From Octopus sinensis (Eukaryota), in assembly GCF_006345805.1 (NCBI RefSeq), contig NC_043007.1:43648001-43712000 (forward strand): a stretch of 64,000 nt of DNA, read 5' to 3'. Below, piece by piece: positions 25,806-38,837 of the stretch. The position numbers and the translations under genes are program-made. The stretch's first letter is position 1. Every line of letters starts with the position of its first letter. The notes below the pieces were generated by a model. The model saw only the letters and a list, made by a program, of their open reading frames with translations, made no database searches and had not been told where the DNA came from.

Positions 25806-28265
25806 GTTAGTGGAATTAATATGGATGTCGGGAAACACTGCATGTTCTTTTTCGTCAGACAGCTTAGCGAATGCTATAACTGAATTTAGTTATAACCCAG
25901 AAGAGGGTATAACTTTTTCAGCGTACTTCAGCAAATACGAAGAAATCTTCAAGGAAGAATGCAAGTGTTGGACAGACGATGAAAAGGTGAGACAACTGTT
26001 ACAGAAACTAGGTTCTTCAGAACATGAAAAATACTGTAATTTTATCCTGCCTAAAAAAAATAAGAGAAATCTGTTTCGAGGGAACAATTGAATCGCGATC
26101 CAAAATGTTCAGTGATAGGAGTTCCCTGTTTAACACCCACTGGGAGTGTTTGAACTTAGTAAAAGAAGAGGACGAAGATTTTGTCAGTTATGCCGGAATC
26201 GTTAATAAAATGTGCGAAAAATTTAAACCGAAGGAATTATCTCCGGACATATTTAAATGCCCCATCTTTGTGCAAGGTGACGGCAAACAACGATGCAAAA
26301 AAAAGTGCACGGATTCTTATAAAACTAGAGCAGGACCAGAATTTAACTCAACAGTCAGAAACAGAAGAATGTCAAAGAATTATCAACCTGCAACAGAACG
26401 TAAAGAAAATTAAAGAAAATTTCTCTCAAGTACAGATATATAGACCGGGAATAAATAAACAAACAAGAATATTAGGACGAAATCCAGGAAATGGATGTGG
26501 AGGTCTGCGTTTTAAGCAAGACTGTCCATTTAAAACTCTGAAATGTTTTAGTTGCTAAATAGTAGGACATAAACGCTCGCACTGCATAACGAAGCAAAAA
26601 AGGTCGGAAAAAATTGTTCAAAAAAGGTTTGCTTAACGAAAGTCGTGACGGCACCAAAAACGGAAAGTATGTGTAAAAATAAAAGACGCGAACCTAAAGC
26701 TACAACAAGACACAGGTAGCGACATTACAATTATTGATACCGACACCTGGGAGAAAATTGAGAAACTTACATTAAAGAAAGCATCGAAAAATGTGCGAGG
26801 CTTCACAGGTGAAAGATAACACTTTTTAGGCAAAATTGTAAGCGACATTACATTTCGTAGTAAAATATATAAAGCAAAAGAGATTGTGTTAAAAAATGCG
26901 ACAAACTTGTCCGGTATTGACTGGATGGCGTTGTTTGATTTATAGGACTTCCCCATAAATCTGTTCTGTAAAAATATTTTGTGTAACATCATTCGAGAGC
27001 TGCCAGTAACTGTTCAAGATATAAAATTAAAATCTGAGAATGACAAATACACATTGCAAAGATGAAAGAAACGTTGAAGGAAAAAGAAAATACAAATAGA
27101 CGTAACTCAAATGCAAACTATTTTTCTCTGTGTGATGTGTTGATGTACACACAAAGATTTGTGCCAGCCGCACTACAAAAGCAGGTATTAAGTGAATTTC
27201 ATATAGAACACCCAGGGATTTAAAGAATTAAATCAGTAATGTGGAGTTACGTGTATTGGTCCACTACAGACCGAGATATTGAACAATTGGTGAAATCCTG
27301 CAGAAGTTGTGCTCTTGCAGCAAAGTCAGCACCGGTGAAATTCCAGTCGTGGCCTAAGAAAGACAGTCCGTGGTCCAGGCAACATATAGATTTTGCAAGA
27401 CCGGTAAACGACGCGTATTATCTGATCATAGTAGACGACCAAACCAAGTGGCGTCAGATATATAAACGCAGCCAACCAATCTCGAAAATAACAACTTTTT
27501 GCGCGATACGGTATCCCGGACACAGTTTTCGGAGTACGAATTAAAAAATTTCTGTTAGAGGTATGATCAATCACATCTCTACTCTGCCGTACCACCCGAG
27601 ATCAAATGGGCAAGCAGAATGGTTCGCAGACACATTTAAGCGAGTACTAAAAAAAAAAAAAACGACAGGAAATGTGTTAGGTAATGATGCAGCACTAACT
27701 CAATTCTTAGGGGTTTACAGGGTAACACGTAACACAAACACCTGTTCAGGCAAGTCGTCCGCAGAGCTAATGTTCGCCCGAAAGATAAAATCAATTTTTG
27801 ATAAATTGTTACTTGCAAAAAAAAAAAAAACTTATAGGGAAAAACCCAAGAAACACAACAAAGTATGTTAATGTGTGAGATTAAGATAATTTCAAAATAT
27901 ATAACAATGGAAGACAAGGTTGGTGGGACGATATAGTGAAGAAAAGAGTAGGCAGTATGATGTGCATAATAAAAGGTCAAACAGGAGAGCATAAAAGACA
28001 TTTGAAGCAGTTGAAGACTACACATACCGAAAAAAGAGAAGAAATACCGATGGAAGTTTGTTATGACTTGTTCGACGTTCCGACACCAAAAGAGGTTGAA
28101 CCTATGCGGATCAGCAATAGTAAACGTAAACAAACAGAACAACTAGAAATAGTCCCTAAGCGGAAAATAAAATCTCAAAAAAGGGAGAGGTGAGGATGAA
28201 AAAAATGGATAAAATTAAACAAACAATTTGTACTTCTAACAGAAATTAAATCTCAAAAGAGGAGA

Positions 28266-28608
28266 TGTTATGGCTAGAGTCATGACATCCCCTGTGAGAA
28301 TGGACTAATCGCACTCATATAAGTAGCAGCGTGTTTTGACTGGAAGGCCGAGATGAGAAATCGTAGGAAATCGAAAGGTGTTCGCGAGTTCGTGGAGTCG
28401 CAGGAAATTGTTGAGAAGTTGTTATAGTTCATTGAGAGTTGTTTTGGATTGGTTACAGTTGTTGGCAGAGTATTTGAGAAGACATCAGGTGGAGACAGTT
28501 GGTGTCTACTCCATTCTGTAGTATCGTATATAACCCTATTATAAGTTATAAAAGTGACATATAACACCACGATATAAAAGTGGCGACGAGGTTATCGACG
28601 TTACAACA
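28266..28608 (+). repeat. 3' LTR
   Basis: TGTT...AACA termini, preceded by aaaagaggaga. Confidence 0.88.
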
Positions 28609-28629
28609 GATTACTTGATGCATTTATTT

Positions 28630-29030
28630 CTATACTCTTTTACTCTTTTACATGTTTCAGTCATTTGACTGTGGCCATGCTGGAGCACCGCCTTTAGTCG
28701 ATCAAATCGACCCCAGTACTTATTCTTTGTAAGCCTAGTACTTATTCTATCGGTCTCTTTTGCCGAACCTCTAAGTTACGGTTGGTTGTCAAGCAATGTT
28801 TGGGGGGGGGGCAAACACAGACACACAAACATACACACACACACACATATACATATATACGACGGGCTTCTTTCAGTTTCCGTCTATGAAATCCACTCAC
28901 AAGGCTTTGGTCAGCCCGAGGCTATAGTAGAAGACACTTGCCCAAAGTGCCACGCAGTGGGACTGAACCCGGAACCCGGAACCATGTGGTTCGTAAGGAA
29001 GCTACTTACCACACAGCCACTCCTACGCCT
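28630..29030 (-). mobile_element. SINE family B (bipartite, tRNA head + CORE-like region, internal microsatellite)
   Basis: Reverse complement of the copies at 33990 and 58950. Confidence 0.8.
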
Positions 29031-29149
29031 ATCTTCATTTTTTTAATTACACTCACTAAAGATGAACATATTAAAAAGCATAGATCCAACTCTTTAGATA
29101 CTAAATACATGGTTGCTATAAACATATAATAATAATAATAATAATAATA

Positions 29150-29183
<34 letters not shown>

Positions 29184-30122
29184 TATTATTATTATTATAA
29201 ACTTAAGAATAAAAATTATTATAGTACAATTTTGGTAAATTTGGCATTAATTGTTTATAAATAATCTCTTTTAGTATTGATTTAGAATACAATGTTCGTA
29301 TCCACTGGGTAGCTATCTGCACAAATGTACATGGTATTTGTTTTCTGTCTCAAATAATTATGTCAGACGTGATGTTTTTGCATTTAAGGAATGTTTAAAT
29401 GACAATGTTCCACCGGTATTCATTGTCTTGTAATGTGTGAATGTTCTCAACTTTAGAAATATCCTTTTCATATTCATCTCAAGGCAGTGTCTTCTATTCG
29501 TAGCATATTGTTTTATCAACAACGTAGGAAGCATAAGACGGTAATAGCTTTTGGGCAACTACCGTTTATTTGTGTAATATCCTTCATAGATACGTGATTT
29601 AATCAATATTTTCGCTTGCATCTAGGAAATCTATGTGAATCATTATTTCTTTTGTTTAGCAGGTATTTCTCTTATTCTTCGATCGCAAAAGCATAATCTT
29701 CGAAACACGCGCTGACGCAGCGGTCACGAGTCTAAGAAAGGCTACACTTCTTGTCAATATTGACACGCTCTCGTGTTTCTTGGATAGTGAAACTCATAAC
29801 AGAATACTGTTTCCATAAGGTGTTGCTGCTTTGTGCACGTATAACAGAAACAAGACCTAGAAAAATAAACCCAGCCAACTGATTGGGATGACGTCACTTA
29901 CTAACTCATTCCTACATTCTGCCCTAACATGCTGTCTGTTCTCTCTTACTTTTATATCAGAAAATAGACAGGACTCTTCTCTTCGAAACTGACTGCTCTT
30001 GTTCCACTTCATTTCACCCCCTCTCAAACTGCCAAATTTCTGTTGCCAGTTCTATATTTAAGAAATGAGGAATTATGTACATTATTTACATTTGACGAAT
30101 ATTTGTCCTCATCTTGTTGTTA

Positions 30123-30166
30123 ACACAACGTTTAGGCTGATACACCCGCCAGCCCTCATCAGGTAT
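30123..30166 (-). ncRNA. Degenerate hammerhead motif
   Basis: ATAC-CTGATGA-g-GGCTG...CAGCC-TAAA-CG-TT-GTGT; G12 changed to U. Confidence 0.55.
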
Positions 30167-30239
30167 CTTGGGGAAATTTCGAACCGAGGTTTTCGATGTT
30201 GTTATTATTATTATTTTATTTTTATTTATTTATGCGCTT

Positions 30240-30535
30240 TTTTCAAGCCTAGCCAGACTCATGGGCCCGGTTTCCCGGTTTCTGTGGCGTATGTGTTCCC
30301 CGCAGCTGGACGAGACGCCAGTCCATCGCAGCGTTACTCAAGAAACAGGAAGAAAGAGTGAGAGAAAGTTGGGGCGAAAGAGTACAACAGGGGTTGCCCC
30401 CCCCCCTGCCGGAGCCTCATGGAGCTTTAGGTGTTTCCTCTCAATAAACACATACAATGTCCGGTCTGGGAGTCGAAACCGCGATCCTTCGACCGCGAGT
30501 CCGCTGCCCTAACCACTGGGCCATTGTGCATCTCC
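30240..30535 (-). mobile_element. tRNA-derived SINE family C
   Basis: Head tggcccagtggttagggcagcggactcgcgg...gtttcgactcc; (TAA)-type tail. Confidence 0.8.
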
Positions 30536-30609
30536 GGTCACTGCCTGGAATCGAACTCGGGATCTTATCGTTAGTAGCCCATGCTCTTAACCACTATGCC
30601 ACATGCCCG
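30536..30609 (-). pseudogene. tRNA-like sequence or SINE head with Pol III A and B boxes
   Basis: tggcatagtggttaagagc...gagttcgattcc; acceptor stem pairs poorly, so not a functional tRNA. Confidence 0.6.
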
Positions 30610-30734
30610 CGGGCATGGAGTGAATTTTTAGGGCTTATAAATCTATCCTTCCTATTCTTCCTTAATACCGGCTCCCATATGCTAATATAAAAAATACCTT
30701 AGGTATAGGAACCCAGGTTCGAAATTTCCCCAAG

Positions 30735-30780
30735 ACACCTGATGGAGGATTGAGGGGGCATATCAGCTGAAACGTTGTGT
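30735..30780 (+). ncRNA. Degenerate hammerhead motif
   Basis: ACAC-CTGATGG-aggattg...cagct-GAAA-CG-TT-GTGT; A9 changed to G and stem II eroded. Confidence 0.5.
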
Positions 30781-31387
30781 TAACAACAAACAAGATGAGA
30801 ACAAATATCCGTCAAATGTAAATAATGTAAATAATGTTTCTATTGCCACTCGTATTATATTTCCTCTAACCCTTTACACACATCATTAGGCTCCCTACTA
30901 ATTGCTATCAACATGCAATACCTACTCGAAAACGTCAGAAATTGGATTTCTTTCCCGTCCATGTTTTTTCCTGCAGTCGTGAGTTTGCAGCTCTTCAAGA
31001 AAAACATCAAACACACCAACGCCTTGGCCTGCAAAAGCAATGAAGTCAAGTCAGTCCCTACTTCTAGAACAACCTGTTGGAAATTATGTATGCTTAACTT
31101 TTTGTAGGTGAGGAGTGTTTCTCCTCGAGATCTTCCTTTTCAAGATAGCTTTATCTGGCAGTTACAAGATAAGATAAAAAGTCTTCAGATACAAGTACAT
31201 GTTGGCGGTGGTGGTGGTGGTGGTGAGAATTTAACTTCCGGTTCTAAGATTTTTTCCTCCTCATTTTTGAGCACTTATTGGATATAATTGCTTTTGTTAT
31301 TGTTTTGTCAGGCACTGTTCTGGTCAGTTCAGTCCCTACTTCTAGACCAACCTGGTGAAAAATATGCATGGGTAACTTTTTATAGGT

Positions 31388-31418
<31 letters not shown>

Positions 31419-32228
31419 CGATATGATATGAATGGCAATAGAAGTGACGAGTGATTTGAGAGGGGATGAATTAAAGTGGCACGAGAACAGTCAGTTTCGA
31501 AAAGAAAAGTCCTGTCTATTTTTTAGTATAAAAGTAAGAAAGAACAGATAGCATGACTAAGAGTAGAATGTTGGAATAAGTTAGTAAATGACGCCTTTCC
31601 AGTCTGTCGGTTGGCATTTCCTGGGCAACATCTTACCATATATGGAAGGAGTTTTCTGTTGTAACTTGTATCATATATAGAAACCTGAGGTTTTTTCTTG
31701 ATGTGAGGCTCAAGAACGTTTACGAAAGCTTATTTGTCGATATAAACTTGGGCCGAAAGTTGAATAACCGAATGACAAATTGGTCGACAAGCATATTTGT
31801 AGAAAACATATCAGTAGTAAAATAAATTAATCAAAAGACAAATTAATCACAAACATATTAGTTAATGTTAAATTCATGATGATTTCTGTAAACAACTTAC
31901 TGTAATTTTAAAATGATAATAACAAATTATGGAATAAAATATATTTTCAGTTTATTTTCAGGCTAGACTTTATTTCTAAAAAATTCAATGCAATTATAGG
32001 AAATATATTTAATTATATGAAAATATATTCAATTACATTCATAAGTGTTCCCAAAGACTCAAAGCTTATTTATATCCAATATTGTACGGAATAATCCAAA
32101 AGAGCAGACCAAATACGTTATATAATTTCTATTCTTTTTCATTGCATACAAATGTCGTTAGACCTCCGTCATAATGATTAGCAAATGAATGCAATTATGA
32201 AACAAGCAAAATACGCATATATATATAT

Positions 32229-32270
<42 letters not shown>

Positions 32271-32379
32271 TAGGTTTAAGAGACAGAATCACCCTCAAAC
32301 AACTCAATCATCATTGAATGACATTATCCACGATAGATACATATAAGACTAAATATTCAAATTATCAAAATTAATACCT

Positions 32380-32965
32380 TTAATTCTTGTTCGTACTTGA
32401 ACCCATCGCATGTGCGACCATCTTTTTAACCTGATCATTATTTTCGGGGGTCCGTATAGCTCTGGTCCACCCGTTACATCTCTCTTTGAGGGGGAGGTCG
32501 TCTTGGCTGTAGAATTTATAGTGGGGAGTGGGTCTACCTCTTATCGCTCTAGTGGGGTAGAAACAACTAAGGTCATCTTTATATAAGTAATCATTATCGC
32601 ATGCCAGTCTTATGAGGAGGCCTAGTTCTTCAGTGTCAACACCACGGAACTCCGCATCGCTCTCGCTGATAACCTCCACACATTTCTCCACAGCAAAATC
32701 AACATCAATGGATGAGTATAGGGACACAACATCCATGCAGCCTATTATACATCCAGTCAGGTCGTAGGCTTGGTTGCACTCATTGATTCTGCAGAGAAGG
32801 TCCTCCGTGCTGTTACACACATCTGAGGACATTTTTATCAGAGGGCGTATGATAATGAAACTCATAACAGAAGTAGGAGATCCGGTAGTTGTTGGCAACA
32901 TTGGCTCCTCAAACCGGTCTCATCGGTGGTCCTGTCACTGGGTTAGTGGTCATCTTATGGTCCTT
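32380..32965 (-). mobile_element. Penelope-like RT fragment
   Basis: RPLI..CNSTEDLL, IGCMDVVSLYSSID (the D..SLY motif). Confidence 0.75.
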
Positions 32966-32990
32966 GCACAGTCCATCCATCCATCCATCC

Positions 32991-33083
<93 letters not shown>

Positions 33084-33989
33084 CATATATACATATATAC
33101 ATAGGAAAACAAGCGAGTTAAATACGCAAGCAATGAGAGAAAAAATTGAAAACAGGACAAGTAAAACAAAGAACGATCCTTCACCAGTTGTCGGCTGTGT
33201 ATTTACTCCGCATTTCGAGCATTCTGTCCCGCATTCGCCATGATTGATCGCTAGCCACTAAAACTTTTTTTTTCTCTCTCTGTTTATTTCTGTGTTCCTT
33301 TCTGTTGAAGAGTGTAGGCTCGAAACGTAAAGGACGTTCTCACTTCCCGAGCGTTAAACTAATACATCTGTTTGTTGTTTACACACCCCTGTTCGTCTTT
33401 TGCTTTGTTTGTTTTTTGTTTGTAAATTCTAACTATACATATAATTATTAAAAGAAAGAATTTGGAAAAACATCTGGTCATTATATTTCTGACCAAAGGT
33501 CAACTATTCAAATGTCTTCATAAAACACTCCTTTAACTCTCCACCCACCTTCCAACTCCACCCCCAATGAAGTATCGTGTGTTGACCATTCACTACTTTC
33601 TTTCAGTTATCTTTCACTCCCACACTGATTAACAAATCCCAACCCCATCACAAACACACCCAAGTCCCAAGACTGCTCAGCTGGCAAAAATGAATAATAC
33701 CCGCATTTCAAAGGGTTAGTCTTGTCACGCTGAATCTACCTTAGAACCACGTCGAAGGTGTCTGTAGAGTGCTCAGACACTTGCACGTTAATTTCACAAG
33801 CAGAACTTTCCGTTGATTGGATCGACTGGAACCCTCATTGTCACAACTGACTGAGTGCCTGTTAGTTATTCCGTTCTACACAAGATTAATTAAAAGATAT
33901 CCATATTAAGCCCCTTGATAATTTAAATTGGCTCAAAATACACCCGAATTTTACCTTAAAGATTTGAATGTTGCCAAACGTTGTAAGAA

Positions 33990-34530
33990 ATAAGGAGTGG
34001 CTATGTGGTAAGTAGGTTGCTTACCAAACACATGGTTCTGGGTTCAGTCCCACTGCGTAGTACCTTGGGCAAGTATCTTCTACTATAGCCTCGGACCGAC
34101 CAAAGCATTGTGAGTGGATTTGGTAGACGGAAACTGAAAGAAGCCTGTCATATATATATATATATATATATACAACAATAATACTAAAGAATGGCATTGA
34201 TAGGCCATTCGACTCACTAAAACGAGCAGCCAAACTCAAACCGCTAAATAGTAGTAATTCAGAAACCATATATATATGTATGTATGTATATATGTATGTA
34301 TGTATGTGTGTGTATACGTTTGTGTATCTGTGTTTGTCCCCCCCGCCCAACATCGCTTGACAACCGCTGCTGGTGTGTTTACGTCCCCGTTACTTAGCGG
34401 TTCGGCAAGATAAACCGATAGAATAAGTACTAGGCTTACAAGGAATAAGTCCTGGGGGTCGATTTGCTCGACTAAAGGCGGTGCTCCAGTATGGCCGCAG
34501 TCAAATGACTGAAACAAATAAAAGAAAGTA
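33990..34530 (+). mobile_element. SINE family B
   Basis: ggagtggctatgtggtaag...ggttcagtccc...ccttgggcaag...gtcaaatgactgaaac. Confidence 0.8.
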
Positions 34531-34879
34531 TAAAGAGAACGTTTGGTTGTAAATGTATTCTAGGGAACAAATTTAGTTGATAATTAAGGTCTTATTAATT
34601 TTCAATCAGATGATAATTATCTCAAACACAATGTTTCTAATAAAGAAACTTTATGGAAGAATTAATCCTCAAATTATACCCAAATTAACACCAAACCTGA
34701 TAATTATCGAGGAATTAAGTTCAAGTTAAGATTACAGATGTACTATCATTATCACTGCCTGCGTTATCATAAAAACCACCACCTCAACCTTCAGCCATCA
34801 CTGTCCTCTCCTTCCTCTTCTTCATTATCTTCATCTCTGTCATCCTCCTCCTCACTGATACCATTATCAGCATCTTCAT

Positions 34880-35195
34880 GATTGCCGCCACCACAACAGT
34901 AACAACAACAGCCGCCTCCGCTGCCTCCACCGCCGCCTCCGCCACCACCACCACCACCACCACCACCACCACCACCGCCTCCGCCGCCTCCTCCTCCATC
35001 ACCGCCGCCGCCTCTACCACCGCTGCTGCCTCCACCACCGCCGCCTCCACCACCGCCGCCGCCACCGCCTCCACTACGCCGCCGCTGCCTCCACCACAGC
35101 CGCCGCCGCCTCCACCACAGCCACCGCCGTCTCCACCACTGTCGCAGCGCCAGCGCCACCACCACCACTATCACCCTCGCCCCGCCACCGCCACC
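34880..35195. repeat. (CCA/CCG)n GC-rich trinucleotide tract
   Basis: Seen directly. Confidence 0.92.
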
Positions 35196-35569
35196 ACAAT
35201 ATATTCAGTACCGAAGTAAGATTGAACGGAAGACGAAGGAATTCAAATAATGTGGATGAAAATTTTCATATGTTTTTGCTTAGCCCCAAAGGAGTTCTAT
35301 AAGTGTTCCGATTGTGACCATCGAAAGGCGTTCCAGATGTGACCATCCTGCTTTTACTTTGTTGAAGACACACAGGACAATATTATTCAACAGTAGGGTA
35401 AGATTTGAGGGCAACCGTCATTATCCCCTGTCGATAGATTGGTGGTGGTGGTGATGATCATGAAAATATTGATAATGGTATTAGTAAGGAAGATGACAGA
35501 GATGAAGATAATAATAAAAAAAGAAGAGAAGGAAAGTGATGGTTGAAGTTGAGGCGGTTGTTTTATGAT

Positions 35570-36110
35570 TTGAATCTAGTCTTATCACTGAGTTAAATAA
35601 TCTGTTAGGGTCAGAAATAATTCGTATGGCAGCCTATCACCTTGCTTCTAATGGGATAATAGATCATTTCCACTATTCCGACTGCAATAGCTGGTTGGAA
35701 TCCCTGCCGGTCGTGCTGCTATGTTTACATACAGTTATCGAAGACTACTTCAGTTACTCCTCAGCGGAATTACTGCAGAATACGGCACTCACATTGCCCG
35801 GTCAGATGGCACTTCCCAGAACGAGTCAGCAGTATGATCATTTTAGTTATGTACAACGACTGAGAAGCTATATGGCGCAGTTCATCCGATGATTACGAGA
35901 CCGCAGTCGATTAAAATTTTTGTTCCGTTAGATATAAACACTTGGACTGACGTTTTCGTGCGCAACGCTGCAGTTAAGCATCATTTAAGCGCTTCTTATC
36001 TTTGTCAATATCAAATTTTAAAAGCAAAACAAAAAGATATGATCCTCAACATGCAAGGATGACAAGAGAACTGTTAGTATTGATAGTCATAAGAAAACTT
36101 TTCTTGAAGC
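35570..36110 (+). mobile_element. Gypsy integrase core fragment, decayed
   Basis: AAYHLASNGIIDHFH...WLESLPVVLLCLHT...SSAELL...LTLPG matches the TAYHP.SNG.VERFH / W...LP.VLLG.RT / S.AELVYG..L.LPG pattern. Confidence 0.75.
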
Positions 36111-36291
36111 AATACCTATTTGAAGCAGTCTTCTTTAACATCTACAACATTTAAACAGTCAGAATATGAAAACAGCACATTCTCTCATAACTCTACCTTA
36201 CTTCACACACGTAGAGTGACTAAAAACAACAGACAGGTGCATTGACCAACTAAATGTACACAAATCTATTTGTGTATCTACGAAATTGTAT

Positions 36292-36327
<36 letters not shown>

Positions 36328-36374
36328 TAATAATATAATAATAATAATAATAATAATGTTCTTCTCTCTCTATC

Positions 36375-36650
36375 TTATTGCTTGTTTTTGATTTGCAACA
36401 CTTTGTACATGCCTTTGCACATTCAATGGCGTTCTTTTGTATTTTATATTTTGCATGTAAATTTCTCGCCACTTTCAGGTTAGGTGATGTGTCCTGGTTA
36501 TCAACCAATCGGCCAGCAGAAATATCACAACGTACGGTAGAACATTTTACGAGTTTCCAGTAGTTCCTGCGCTTTTCGTTGTTATAAAAGTGAAAGTCCA
36601 CCAGGGTCAACGAGAGGGCGGCACTTCGAAGCATAAGCAAGTGGCCTTTG
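36375..36650 (-). mobile_element. Probable Gypsy integrase zinc-finger-region fragment, inverted relative to 35570-36110
   Basis: VRCDISAGR...AKACTKCCKSK. Confidence 0.45.
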
Positions 36651-37499
36651 CAACGTCAAGTTTTCATTTGCTGAAATTCAGCTCAGAGTAAAAGAAAAAA
36701 AGAAAAATTAACCAGTTATGACGAACAAACACTTCCCACCTCTCGAACAATACTAATAATTTTTTTTCTGTAATTTAATTACAGCAACGTTCGATTCTAG
36801 CTCCCTACAACACACTACCGGCAAGTACTGGAAATCTTTTATGCATAAATTCAAATATCGTTGTTACTTTAATAACAATAAGATGTATTTTAACAATGTG
36901 AGCATTTAGTTTGCTACTGAACAGCACGTAGCAAACTAATACCAATCAGCAATGACTTATACAACAAACTGACTTATACACACATGTATGTATGTATGTA
37001 TGTATGTATGTATGTATGTATGTATGTATGTATGTATGTATGTATGTATGTATGTATGTATTAATCCGCATTACTAACCTCTCAGCAAACGAGGAAGTAT
37101 TTAAACTAAACGAGGACTTTTATAATTAGTTTAGCATTAGAGAAGGCGGGATATAGAGTAAAACTGAAATTCTTTAATGGTAGTAATAATAGAAATAATA
37201 AAAGTAGTGGGATGGACCATCCTAACAATAATCAAAATGCATAATATGAAGAATACAACTAACCACCAAGAACGGTCATTGGCAAGCGTTTAAGATGGAA
37301 AGTGTGTAATTAAAATACAATAATAGAGTACCTAGAATAAAAAAAAAACAGTGCAAACTTACATGAGTTTGTGCCAAATAAAGTGCTAAGTGACTTAGAT
37401 AAGAATGAACTTACCAAGAGGTCCCATTCAAATAGGGGAGGTAACAGATACATAAGCTCTGCCAATAACACTCTACAAATAACTGCCAAATATATATAT

Positions 37500-37900
37500 A
37501 ATTATTTGTGGGAATATTATTTCTAACTTACAGGGAAAAATTCAATTTAGAAATACTAAATCAAATTTCACAAAATATAATAATATATATAAAAATTAGA
37601 AAAAAACACCTTTTATCAATTCAAAATGAACAATTAAATTACACCATCTAGAAAATTACATATAATAGAAATATAAAAAATATAATAACAATAATATACC
37701 AATGATTAAGTAAATTGCAAAATAATAATAAAAACGTATATATTTGGTAGAATAACGACACGTGTTTCGTGGCTATATTTAAGAAATGATTACTGTAAAA
37801 CAATTAATTGTAATAGAAAAATCACTTCGATATAAATATAGCCACTCATCAGGTTAAAAATAAAGTAGAATGATAAAATATTTAATTAATAAATATACGT
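37500..37900 (-). repeat. PLE pseudo-LTR-like repeat
   Basis: Bounded by (TA)n, contains an HHR, partial inverted copy at 42316-42490. Confidence 0.7.
37753..37856 (-). ncRNA. Canonical type I hammerhead motif with a long (about 77-nt) helix II
   Basis: TAAC-CTGATGA-GTGGCTATATTTA...TAAATATAGCCAC-GAAA-CACGTG-TC-GTTA; all core residues present, GUC site. Confidence 0.88.
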
Positions 37901-37929
37901 AAAAATGTTTTAAAATATATATATATACT

Positions 37930-37983
<54 letters not shown>

Positions 37984-38300
37984 CATATAAGTTTAACAAT
38001 TAAGGATAATCTCTTAATAAGGGATCTTAACAAGAAATTATTTTCGAATTCTTTTCTTTTATGAGGTTTTCACGCTAGCTACCCGATAATTTCTTGTTAA
38101 GATCCCTTATTAAGAGATTATCCTTAATTGTTAAACTTATTCCGAAATACTTTTCATTACCCGACATGCAGTTCGTAAAAAGCCCGCCATTTACCGGATA
38201 TATGATTTATAAACATTCCATGTGCTTGGCCGGAGTGAGCAGTTGTCTGTTCGTCTTCGCTACGTAAGGTTGGTAGTTTATTTATGATGTGTTCAGAATC

Positions 38301-38358
38301 AGTTCTGCTGACGATCATTAGACGTAAGTTGAATGTGAAATCACGGTGATACAGAACT
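38301..38358 (+). ncRNA. Type I hammerhead motif (array unit 1)
   Basis: AGTTCTG-CTGACGA-t-CATT-a-GAC-gtaa-GTT-g-AATG-t-GAAA-TCACgGTGA-TA-CAGAACT. Confidence 0.82.
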
Positions 38359-38779
38359 AAATTCATTTTTTTAAATGTCTTGCTTTGAAAAACTGCATTT
38401 GGGTATGATTAGTATAATTTTGGTAGTAATGACTTTGTCCCTCCTAGTGTGAGGCATTTATGTGTAATAATGCCCTCTATACAATATAGATATAATTAAT
38501 TTGTTCAAAAGAAAAAAATTATTTTCGAATTCTTTTCTTTTATGAGGTTTTCACGCTAGCTACCCGAAATTTCTTGTTAAGATCCCTTATTAAGAGATTA
38601 TCCTTAATTGTTAAACTTATTCCGAAATACTTTTCATTACCCGACATGCAGTTCGTAAAAAGCCCGCCATTTACCGGATATATGATTTATAAACATTCCA
38701 TGTGCTTGGCCGGAGTGAGCAGTTGTCTGTTCGTCTTCGCTACGTAAGGTGGTAGTTTATTTATGATGTGTTCAGAATC

Positions 38780-38837
38780 AGTTCTGCTGACGATCATTAG
38801 ACGTAAGTTGAATGTGAAATCACGGTGATACAGAACT
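38780..38837 (+). ncRNA. Type I hammerhead motif (array unit 2)
   Basis: Identical to unit 1. Confidence 0.82.

Larger units (their letters stand above)
25226..28608 (+). mobile_element. Ty3/Gypsy LTR retrotransposon, internally deleted (gag, protease, integrase; RT/RNase H absent)
   Basis: Two related LTRs, PBS tggcgacgag at 25497, polypurine tract before 28266; gag EFSYNPEEGITFSAYF, protease DTGSD, integrase HPG..MWSYVYW..CRSC, PWSRQHIDFA, PYHPRSNGQAE. Confidence 0.92.
30062..30836. mobile_element. Composite element with about 130-bp inverted HHR-bearing termini
   Basis: 30075-30190 is the reverse complement of 30710-30836. Confidence 0.75.

Noticed and set aside
29358-29760. Possible DNA transposase C-terminal remnant on the minus strand
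   Set aside because: Resemblance too weak to assign
30536-30609. Functional tRNA gene
   Set aside because: A and B boxes are present but the acceptor and T stems pair poorly; it sits in a repeat context
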